This document shows, piece after piece, positions 53,601 to 64,000 of a DNA stretch of 64,000 nucleotides (its first letter is position 1; each line of letters starts with the position of its first letter). The notes beneath the pieces were generated by a model. That model saw nothing but the letters and a program-made list of their open reading frames with translations. It was not told the DNA's origin and did not search any database. Source of the stretch: Eledone cirrhosa (lineage: Eukaryota); NCBI GenBank assembly GCA_964016885.1, contig OZ024743.1:364498001-364562000 (forward strand), written 5' to 3'. The translations under genes and the position numbers were made by a program.

Positions 53601-56600
53601 GGATTGGTAGTATCGGTAGAAGGCGGTGGATTGGTAGTATCGGTAGAGGGCGGTGGATTGGTAGTATCGGTAGAGGGCGGTGGATTGGTAGTATCGGTAG
53701 AGGGCGGTGGATTGGTAGTATCGGTAGAGGGCGGTGGATTGGTAGTATCGGTAGAGGGCGGTGGATTGGTAGTATCGGTAGAGGGCGGTGGATTGGTAGT
53801 ATCGGTAGAGGGCAGTGGATTGGTAGTATCGGTAGAGGGCAGTGGATTGGTAGTATCGGTAGAGGGCAGTGGATTGGTAGTATCGGTAGAGGGCGGTGGA
53901 TTGGTAGTATCGGCAGTATCGGTAGAGGGCGGTGGATTGGTAGTATCGGTAGAGGGCGGTGGATTGGTAGTATCGGTAGAGGGCGGTGGATTGGTAGTAT
54001 CGGTAGAGGGCGGTGGATTGGTAGTATCGGCAGAGGGCGGTGGATTGGTAGTATCGGCAGAGGGCGGTGGATTGGTAGTATCGTAAGAGGGCGGTGGATT
54101 GGTAGTATCGGCAGAGGGCGGTGGATTGGTAGTATCGGCAGAGGGCGGTGGATTGGTAGTATCGGCAGAGGGCGGTGGATTGGTAGTATCGGCAGAGGGC
54201 GGTGGATTGGTAGTATCGGTAGAGGGCGGTGGATTGGTAGTATCGGTAGTATCGGCAGAGGGCGGTGGATTGGTAGTATCGGCAGAGGGCGGTGGATTGG
54301 TAGTATCGGCAGTATCGGTAGAGGTCGGTGGATTGGTAGTATCGGCAGTATCGGTAGAGGGCGGTGGATTGGTAGTATCGGTAGAGGGCGGTGGATTGGT
54401 AGTATCGGTAGAGGGCGGTGGATTGGTAGTATCGGTAGAGGTCGGTGGATTGGTAGTATCGGTAGTATCGGCAGAGGGCGGTGGATTGGTAGTATCGGTA
54501 GTATCGGCAGAGGGCGGTGGATTGGTAGTATCGGTAGAGGGCGGTGGATTGGTAGTATCGGTAGAGGTCGGTGGATTGGTAGTATCGGTAGAGGGCGGTG
54601 GATTGGTAGTATCGGTAGAGGGCGGTGGATTGGTAGTATCGGTAGAGGGCGGTGGATTGGTAGTATCGGTAGAGGGCGGTGGATTGGTAGTATCGGTAGA
54701 GGGCGGTGGATTGGTAGTATCGGTAGAGGGCGGTGGATTGGTAGTATCGGTAGAGGGCGGTGGATTGGTAGTATCGGTAGAGGGCGGTGGATTGGTAGTA
54801 TCGGTAGAGGGCGGTGGATTGGTAGTATCGGTAGAGGGCGGTGGATTGGTAGTATCGGTAGAGGGCGGTGGATTGGTAGTATCGGTAGAGGGCGGTGGAT
54901 TGGTAGTATCGGTAGTATCGGCAGAGGGCGGTGGATTGGTAGTATCGGCAGTATCGGTAGAGGGCGGTGGATTGGTAGTATCGGCAGTATCGGTAGAGGG
55001 CGGTGGATTGGTAGTATCGGTAGAGGGCGGTGGATTGGTAGTATCGGTAGAGGGCAGTGGATTGGTAGTATCGGCAGAGGGCGGTGGATTGGTAGTATCG
55101 GTAGTATCGGCAGAGGGCGGTGGATTGGTAGTATCGGCAGTATCGGTAGAGGGCGGTGGATTGGTAGTATCGGTAGAGGGCGGTGGATTGGTAGTATCGG
55201 TAGAGGTCGGTGGATTGGTAGTATCGGTAGTATCGGCAGAGGGCGGTGGATTGGTAGTATCGGTAGTATCGGCAGAGGGCGGTGGATTGGTAGTATCGGT
55301 AGAGGGCGGTGGATTGGTAGTATCGGCAGAGGGCGGTGGATTGGTAGTATCGGTAGAGGGCGGTGGATTGGTAGTATCGGCAGAGGGCGGTGGATTGGTA
55401 GTATCGGTAGAGGGCGGTGGATTGGTAGTATCGGTAGAGGGCGGTGGATTGGTAGTATCGGTAGAGGGCGGTGGATTGGTAGTATCGGTAGAGGGCGGCG
55501 GATTGGCAGTATCGGTAGAGGGCGGTGGATTGGTAGTATCGGTAGAGGGCGGTGGATTGGTAGTATCGGTAGAGGGCGGTGGATTGGTAGTATCGGTAGA
55601 GGGCGGTGGATTGGTAGTATCGGTAGAGGGCGGTGGATTGGTAGTATCGGTAGAGGGCGGTGGATTGGTAGTATCGGTAGAGGGCGGTGGATTGGTAGTA
55701 TCGGTAGAGGGCGGTGGATTGGTAGTATCGGTAGAGGGCGGTGGATTGGTAGTATCGGTAGAGGGCGGTGGATTGGTAGTATCGGTAGAGGGCGGTGGAT
55801 TGGTAGTATCGGTAGAGGGCGGTGGATTGGTAGTATCGGTAGAGGGCGGTGGATTGGTAGTATCGGTAGAGGGCGGTGGATTGGTAGTATCGGTAGAGGG
55901 CGGTGGATTGGTAGTATCGGTAGAGGGCGGTGGATTGGTAGTATCGGTAGAGGGCGGTGGATTGGTAGTATCGGTAGAGGGCGGTGGATTGGTAGTATCG
56001 GTAGAGGGCGGTGGATTGGTAGTATCGGTAGTATCGGCAGAGGGCGGTGGATTGGTAGTATCGGTAGAGGGCGGTGGATTGGTAGTATCGGCAGAGGGCG
56101 GTGGATTGGTAGTATCGGCAGAGGGCGGTGGATTGGTAGTATCGGTAGTATCGGTAGAGGGCGGTGGATTGGTAGTATCGGCAGTATCGGTAGAGGGCGG
56201 TGGATTGGTAGTATCGGCAGAGGGCGGTGGATTGGTAGTATCGGCAGTATCGGTAGAGGGCGGTGGATTGGTAGTATCGGTAGAGGGCGGTGGATTGGTA
56301 GTATCGGCAGTATCGGTAGAGGGCGGTGGATTGGTAGTATCGGTAGAGGGCGGTGGATTGGTAGTATCGGCAGTATCGGTAGAGGGCGGTGGATTGGTAG
56401 TATCGGCAGTATCGGTAGAGGGCGGTGGATTGGTAGTATCGGCAGTATCGGTAGAGGGCGGTGGATTGGTAGTATCGGTAGAGGGCGGTGGATTGGTAGT
56501 ATCGGCAGAGGGCGGTGGATTGGTAGTATCGGCAGTATCGGTAGAGGGCGGTGGATTGGTAGTATCGGCAGAGGGCGGTGGATTGGTAGTATCGGCAGTA

Positions 56601-58978
56601 TCGGTAGAGGGCGGTGGATTGGTAGTATCGGTAGAGGGCGGTGGATTGGTAGTATCGGCAGTATCGGTAGAGGGCGGTGGATTGGTAGTATCGGTAGAGG
56701 GCGGTGGATTGGTAGTATCGGCAGTATCGGTAGAGGGCGGTGGATTGGTAGTATCGGTAGAGGGCGGTGGATTGGTAGTATCGGCAGTATCGGTAGAGGG
56801 CGGTGGATTGGTAGTATCGGTAGAGGGCGGTGGATTGGTAGTATCGGCAGTATCGGTAGAGGGCGGTGGATTGGTAGTATCGGCAGTATCGGTAGAGGGC
56901 GGTGGATTGGTAGTATCGGCAGTATCGGTAGAGGGCGGTGGATTGGTAGTATCGGTAGAGGGCAGTGGATTGGTAGTATCGGTAGAGGGCGGTGGATTGG
57001 TAGTATCGGCAGAGGGCGGTGGATTGGTAGTATCGGCAGTATCGGTAGAGGGCGGTGGATTGGTAGTATCGGTAGAGGGCGGTGGATTGGTAGTATCGGT
57101 AGAGGGCGGTGGATTGGTAGTATCGGTAGAGGGCGGTGGATTGGTAGTATCGGTAGAGGGCGGTGGATTGGTAGTATCGGTAGAGGGCGGTGGATTGGTA
57201 GTATCGGTAGAGGGCGGTGGATTGGTAGTATCGGTAGAGGGCGGTGGATTGGTAGTATCGGTAGTATCGGCAGAGGGCGGTGGATTGGTAGTATCGGTAG
57301 AGGGCGGTGGATTGGTAGTATCGGCAGAGGGCGGTGGATTGGTAGTATCGGCAGAGGGCGGTGGATTGGTAGTATCGGTAGAGGGCGGTGGATTGGTAGT
57401 ATCGGCAGTATCGGTAGAGGGCGGTGGATTGGTAGTATCGGCAGTATCGGTAGAGGGCAGTGGATTGGTAGTATCGGTAGAGGGCGGTGGATTGGTAGTA
57501 TCGGTAGAGGGCGGTGGATTGGTAGTATCGGTAGAGGGCAGTGGATTGGTAGTATCGGTAGAGGGCGGTGGATTGGTAGTATCGGTAGAGGGCAGTGGAT
57601 TGGTAGTATCGGCAGAGGGCGGTGGATTGGTAGTATCGGCAGAGGGCGGTGGATTGGTAGTATCGGTAGAGGGCGGTGGATTGGTAGTATCGGCAGAGGG
57701 CGGTGGATTGGTAGTATCGGCAGTATCGGTAGAGGGCGGTGGATTGGTAGTATCGGTAGAGGGCGGTGGATTGGTAGTATCGGTAGAGGGCGGTGGATTG
57801 GTAGTATCGGTAGAGGGCAGTGGATTGGTAGTATCGGCAGAGGGCGGTGGATTGGTAGTATCGGCAGAGGGCGGTGGATTGGTAGTATCGGTAGAGGGCG
57901 GTGGATTGGTAGTATCGGTAGAGGGCGGTGGATTGGTAGTATCGGCAGAGGGCGGTGGATTGGTAGTATCGGTAGAGGGCGGTGGATTGGTAGTATCGGC
58001 AGAGGGCGGTGGATTGGTAGTATCGGTAGAGGGCGGTGGATTGGTAGTATCGGCAGAGGGCGGTGGATTGGTAGTATCGGCAGAGGGCGGTGGATTGGTA
58101 GTATCGGTAGAGGGCGGTGGATTGGTAGTATCGGTAGAGGGCGGTGGATTGGTAGTATCGGCAGAGGGCGGTGGATTGGTAGTATCGGTAGAGGGCGGTG
58201 GATTGGTAGTATCGGCAGAGGGCGGTGGATTGGTAGTATCGGTAGAGGGCGGTGGATTGGTAGTATCGGTAGAGGGCAGTGGATTGGTAGTATCGGTAGA
58301 GGGCGGTGGATTGGTAGTATCGGCAGTATCGGTAGAGGGCGGTGGATTGGTAGTATCGGTAGAGGGCGGTGGATTGGTAGTATCGGTAGAGGGCGGTGGA
58401 TTGGTAGTATCGGTAGAGGGCAGTGGATTGGTAGTATCGGTAGAGGGCGGTGGATTGGTAGTATCGGCAGTATCGGTAGAGGGCGGTGGATTGGTAGTAT
58501 CGGTAGAGGGCGGTGGATTGGTAGTATCGGTAGAGGGCGGTGGATTGGTAGTATCGGTAGAGGGCAGTGGATTGGTAGTATCGGTAGAGGGCGGTGGATT
58601 GGTAGTATCGGCAGTATCGGTAGAGGGCGGTGGATTGGTAGTATCGGTAGAGGGCGGTGGATTGGTAGTATCGGTAGAGGGCGGTGGATTGGTAGTATCG
58701 GTAGAGGGCGGTGGATTGGTAGTATCGGTAGAGGGCAGTGGATTGGTAGTATCGGTAGAGGGCGGTGGATTGGTAGTATCGGCAGAGGGCGGTGGATTGG
58801 TAGTATCGGCAGTATCGGTAGAGGGCGGTGGATTGGTAGTATCGGCAGTATCGGTAGAGGGCGGTGGATTGGTAGTATCGGTAGAGGGCGGTGGATTGGT
58901 AGTATCGGTAGAGGGCGGTGGATTGGTAGTATCGGCAGTATCGGTAGAGGGCGGTGGATTGGTAGTATCGGTAGAGGG
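50634..58978 (+). repeat. 8.3-kb tandem array of a 27-bp unit GGCGGTGGATTGGTAGTATCGGTAGAG (about 300 units, with 18- and 36-bp variants)
   Basis: Read directly; the copy number is estimated from length. The unit equals the SINE 5' head and the last unit runs on into the SINE body. Confidence 0.98.
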
Positions 58979-59520
58979 TCGGACGCCATGCTTTCCAGCA
59001 TAGTTACGTCCCTTTAGGATCTGAGTTCAAATCCCGCCGAGGTTAACTTTGCCTTTCATCCTTACGGGGTCGATAAAATAAAGTACCAGTAATGCACTGG
59101 GTAATTGCTGGCCTTGTACCTGAAGTAGAAACAATTATTATGGATTGGCAGTATCGGTAGAGAGTCGGACACCATGCTTTGAAGCATAGAGTTACGTCCC
59201 TTTATGATCTGAGTTCAAATCCCGCCGAGGTTAACTTTGCCTTTCATCCTTACGGGGTCGATGAAATAAAGTACCAGTAATGTACTGGGTAATTGCTGGC
59301 CTTGTGCCAAAAGAAGAAAATTATTATATTATGATATAAGGGCAGTGGATTGGCAGTATCGGTAGAGGGCCAGACGCCATGTTTTGCAGCATAGAGTTAC
59401 GCCCCTTTATGGTCTGAGTTCAAATCCCGCAGAGGTTAACTTTGCCTTTCATCCTTACAGGGTCGATAAAATAAAGTACCAGTAATGCCAAGAGTAGCTG
59501 CCAAGAGTAGAAACAATTAT
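58950..59520 (+). mobile_element. Three head-to-tail Nin-domain SINE copies (58950-59140, 59141-59325, 59340-59520)
   Basis: Each copy has an A box, GAGTTCAAATCC, the Nin core and an AT-rich tail. Copy 3 is flanked by duplicated tatattatgatata. Confidence 0.92.
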
Positions 59521-60382
59521 ATTATGATATACGAAGCAAGGACTTTACTTCTTCAACGTGAGTAACTGCAACACTCATGGAGTTGAACATTATTTCCCAC
59601 TGACCTGCTCGCATACAACTTTGTGTCACATATTCTGCATCAGTCATGCTTGTCACTTGACTTAATAAATTCCTATGTTTGTTTTCAATCAAAACGCCTT
59701 CCGATTTATTATACACCTTTTTATTTAGTTATTTGAGGAATATTCCACGTCGGGTCACCAATTGTAGCAAGATGATCAGCAGTGAAATAAAAAGATGTAT
59801 AATAAATCAGAAGGCGCTTTGATTGAAAACAAACATGGGAATTTATTAAGTCAAGTGACAAGCATGGCTAATGCAGAATATGTGACAAAGGTGTATGTGA
59901 GCGGGTCAGTGGGAAATAATGTTCAAGTCCATGAGTGTTGCAAATATTACTCACATTGAAGAAGTAAAGTCCTTGCTTCGTATATAAGAATAATGTCCCG
60001 AGTTACTAATGGAAATAGGAGAAGGAGCACTAGATAGGTCTTGGCAGGCTAAAATACTAGCAGCAACTAAACTGTTCGGTTTAAGTATTCACGCTCGTCA
60101 CACTTGGGTGGAAGTGACGCCACCGAGCCTTTGCGCATACAACTTCACTAGGTGGTGCTATTAAGTTAAACATGACCTAGTCCAATACTAGTCAAAAGTT
60201 ATTAAAGTAAGCATTTGGGTGTACTTCAGAATTTTGTATTTCCAGACAAACCCCTGAAGACAAGACATTCAGAGCAGACTGAAGCCTCTGTCTCTCACTT
60301 GGTTGAGAAGTAAATTGAGTTTAACAATCTCAATGGATGAGAATATAAAACTATACTACTGCACTTCACTATCAGATTTGGG

Positions 60383-62470
60383 TTAATATCCAATGAGAAT
60401 AAATGGGAGAAAGACAGTCTCCCCCACATCGATCCAATAGATGGACCAGCAGTGCAAGTTGAAGGTAGTATAAGTAAGGCAATGAAAGATATGAAGATGG
60501 GCAAGGCAACTTGGCCTTCGGAAATAGTTGCTGAAATGCTGAAAGAATCTGGAATGGTGGGACACACTATGGTCACCCGGATAGTTAACCAAGTCATACA
60601 GAATGGGGTCGTACCGAAGGACTGGCGTAGCAGCATCATCATTAACTGCTACAAGGGTAAAGGAGATGCCCTAGATAGGGGTAACTATAGAGGCATTAAA
60701 TTAATTGACCAGGTCATGAAGGTCACAGAAAAAGTAATAGCGCAACTAATCAGAGAGCGAATTGATCTAGATGAAATGCAGTTTGGGTTTGTGTCAGGTA
60801 AAAGTACCACAGACGCTCTTTTCATTGTACGACAACTACAGGAGAAGTACCTAGCTAAAAGTAAACCCCTATACTTAGCTTTTGTTGACTTGGAGAAAGC
60901 CTTTCCGAGTCCCACGCCCCATTATCTGGTGGGCTCTCAGAAAACTAGGTGTTGATGAATGGCTTGTGAGAGCTATACAAGCCATGTATAAAGAAACAGT
61001 CAGCAAGGTTAGAATTAACAACAAATATAGTGAAGAGTTTAGCATAAAAGTTGGTGTTCATCAGAACTCTGTCCTTAGCCCCCTCCTATTTATTATTGCC
61101 CTTCAGGCTATAACAGAAGAGTTCAAGACCGGCTGCCCATGGGAACTCCTATACGCTGATGATCTAACACTTATAGCTGAATCAATGGCTGAACTAGAGA
61201 AGAAATTCCAAACATGGAAGCATGGCCTAGAATCAAAAGGCCTTAAAATTAACCTGTCTAAGACTAAAATTCTAGTATGTAGGAAGGAAAATCGGGCACT
61301 GGTCCCATCTGGGAAATGCCCATGCTCAGTGTGTCGGGAAGGAGTAGGCAGAAACTCCATTTTATGTTCCAAATGCAAAGTATGGGTGCATAAAAGATGT
61401 AGTGGGATCACAGGTAAGTTAACTAAGAATATAGATTTTATATGTGGCCAGTGCTCAGGTACAATAAGTAGCAGCAAGTGCCCACTGAATACTAACTAAT
61501 TCCATTGCACAGATGGTTCTATAGAAATAGTGGACACTTTCCGCTACCTAGGTGACAAAATCAGCAGTGGCTGAGGGTGCTCTGAAAGTACATTAGCTAG
61601 AGTCAGAACGGGATGGAAAAAGTTAAGACAGCTTATACCACTATTGGCCACTAAAGGTTTCTCTCTAAAAATGAAAGGCAGGCTGTATGATGCCTGCATA
61701 CGAACAGCAATATTACATGGCAGTGAGACTTGGGCATTGTGTGCAGAGGATCTACGCAGAGTGGAGAGGAATGAAGCTTGCATGCTCCGTTGGATGTGTA
61801 ATAGTAATATACGTGAACGGCAAAGCATAAATGAACTAAGTGAGAAATTAGGAATAAGAGGGATCAGATGCTGTTTACTCGAGAGAAGACTAGGTTAGTC
61901 TGGTCATGTGATGCGCATGAAAGACGACAGCTGTATAAAAAAGTGCAGGGCGATTAAAATAGACGGTAACCACGGAGTAGGCAGACCCAGAAAAACCTGG
62001 GACGACTTGATAAATTCCGACCTCACACCTCTCCAAGACAATGTCACTGGACCAAGATCTTTGGCGCTACGCAGTAATACAGAAGACCCGCCTTGCCTAA
62101 GTGCAAAGCGAAACCTAGTCAGTAGGCACCTCTTAACCAAAATACACCTCCGTCCCACTACCCCCACCCCATCCACACCACCCCTTTCGATGTAATGTTA
62201 TGTTGGTACCACAACATCCAGTCCTAAACAAATGAGGCCGTGTAGGTGTCACAACAAAAAAACACATCCACGCTGTAATGTGGCCGTGTAGGTAACATGG
62301 TAAAAACCTCCCAGTTCACACTGTAAAGGTGGTTGGTATTAGGAAGGGCATCCAGCCGTAGAAAACCAGCCAGACTATATGAGCAAGACAACCAATCTTG
62401 CCTCAAGTGGGAAAATTCCTGTCCAAAACCATGCTCGAGTGGAAGATGGACGTTAAACGATGATGATGAT
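60383..62470 (+). mobile_element. 5'-truncated RTE LINE with a PHD-like Cys/His finger inside the RT
   Basis: CYKGKGDALDRGNYRGIKL, QFGF, FVDLEKAF, GVHQNSVLSP and LYADD motifs, then CSVC...CSKC..WVHKRC...CGQC, then FRYLGD; (GAT)n tail. Confidence 0.93.
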
Positions 62471-63857
62471 GTCCACACTCACTTAAACATGCACAAAAGC
62501 CCATTTAAATGGCGATGCAGTGAATTGGTAGAGCATAGAACAAAATGCCTTGCAGCATTTTGCTTAGTTCTCTTTATTCTGAATTAAAATCAGGTCAAAG
62601 TCAACTTTCCCTTTCATCCATTTAGTTGTTAAAAATAAAGTACAGTGGAATTGTTAGAGCAATAGATAAAATGCTTTATATTTGTTTCAGTTCTTTGCCA
62701 AAGTACTTGGGTGGTAAACCTAATCTTATCACCTGGCACCCGAGTGCCTTTAGTGGAGTTTATTCCATTGCAAGAATTCAAGTCAGATTTCAGCTTTGAG
62801 GATAACTTTCTACCAGTTTTGGAAACCCTGAAAATCATTAAGAGTCATGGGTGCTTCCTTTCCATCCCTGATTAAATCTCATAAAAAACAAAGTATTTTG
62901 AAATAAAAAATTAAAATTAAATTTACAGTTCATACCCATACATGCACGTTTAGCTGGCTCCTATAAGGTTACATCTTATAGTAGGTTTCTTGGACATTTT
63001 AATGATAGTAGCTTAAGTTCTATCATGAAAAGCAATGTGAAATGAAGTGTCTTGCTCAAGAACACTCAGTACAAGAATTAAACCCATGACCTTATGATCG
63101 CAAGTTTAACACCCTAACCACAAGGCCTCTTTGGAGATTTATTCTAAATGATATTTGATTTTTCTATTTTATATCTTCTAACACTATTATACATTCCAAA
63201 TATCCTCTCTAATCTACAGTAGTTAATACCATTAAGACTCAGACATTCAACATATAGCACAACAATTCTGATAAAAGCATTAAAAATGTATATTTTGTAC
63301 TAAGTAGCATAAGCAATAATTCCTTGAACTTCATCTACCTTTCCCTCAAACTACACCCTACTATCTTTAAAAAAGAAAACAGGCGTACTGATGAGATTCA
63401 AATCACATCACCCAACAAGCAATAGATACATGGTACAAGTCTCATTGGTATTTATAATGTCTAATATCAAAATGCATTGGAATTCTTATACATATATATA
63501 TATATATATATAGCTTTGGCTGTAGAAAGGGAAAAAACAAAACTCAATACATAAATTTATAATAGCTGCAATGTTTGAAAAGGTATAGCTTTGAAGCTTT
63601 AATAAAATAAGCAGAGCAGCAGTAAGCATTTTAATGCCATTCCTTTCAAGGTTGATAAAGTACTAGCCAAGTACCAAGGGTCAATTGTTTTTCTTTCTCT
63701 CTAAGAAATCAGCTGTGCTCTGACATAGAAAGTCCACCAGGAGTTAAGAGCTCATGGAGGGGTGTTAGAAACCACTCATCTTTGTCGAACTGTTACTTTG
63801 TGGGGCATAAACAAATATCACCATGTTGTTGATATGAAGACAGTAAACTAATACGCC

Positions 63858-64000
63858 AACTTAACTTTGCCTTTCATCCTTACGGGGGTCGATAAAATAA
63901 AGTACCAGTAATACACTGGGTTATTGCTGGCCTTGTGCCAACAGTAGAAACAATTATATATATAGGTTGATTGGCAGTATCGGTAGAGGGTCGGACGCCA
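63858..64000 (+). mobile_element. Nin-domain SINE 3' half followed immediately by the head of another copy
   Basis: ttaactttgcctttcatccttacgggggtcgat...gaaacaattata, then gattggcagtatcggtagagggtcggacgcca at the window edge. Confidence 0.85.

Larger units (their letters stand above)
50203..59527 (-). mobile_element. Helitron of the 38076 family, containing the SINE chain and tandem array
   Basis: 50203-50632 is an inverted match to about 38794-39194, including the terminal palindrome and CTAG|T. The far junction reads A|TCATAATATAAT on the minus strand. Confidence 0.75.
50053..60150. mobile_element. Foldback (long inverted-repeat) element of about 770 bp, interrupted by a 9.3-kb nested insert
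   Basis: 50053-50202 plus 59528-59726 are the reverse complement of about 59783-60150; ends are TAGTGAA and TTCACTA. The left arm rejoins as ggacattattttta|tatacgaagc. Confidence 0.85.

Noticed and set aside
50634-58978. CRISPR array or telomeric repeat
   Set aside because: There are no unique spacers or cas genes, the unit is not TTAGGG-like, and the origin is traceable to a SINE.
50620-59017. Giant ORFs of 2793, 2441, 1634, 796 and 350 aa
   Set aside because: They are translations of a 27-bp non-coding repeat that lacks stops in three frames on both strands. The unit is a SINE head and there is no gene context.
36470-64000. First coding exon of the DNAJB12-like gene (and the TM/DUF1977 exons in 1-21376)
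   Set aside because: I found no convincing match by eye. They are probably outside the window, but I may have missed them; tblastn would decide.

Overview
AT-rich, repeat-dense animal DNA, probably an octopus or related coleoid; this is inferred from the SINE and RTE families and (TA)n tracts, not from a database search. The window lies inside one minus-strand gene, a DNAJB12/DNAJB14-type ER J-protein. Five phase-consistent internal exons are visible (36469-36280, 31537-31392, 30066-29926, 28328-28272, 21438-21377), plus a candidate 144-nt in-frame cassette exon (13058-12915). I could not find the first exon or the TM/DUF1977 exons. The introns hold RTE LINEs, a GC-rich BovB-like copy, tRNA-derived SINEs, Helitrons, hAT and piggyBac MITEs and a Tigger relic. 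The main structure is at 50053-60150. A foldback element is split at an A|T site by a Helitron, which carries three head-to-tail Nin-domain SINEs. The first SINE has its 27-nt A-box head amplified about 300-fold into an 8.3-kb array, which explains the giant ORFs. A minimal Penelope-type hammerhead ribozyme motif (15082-15132) lies antisense to the gene.
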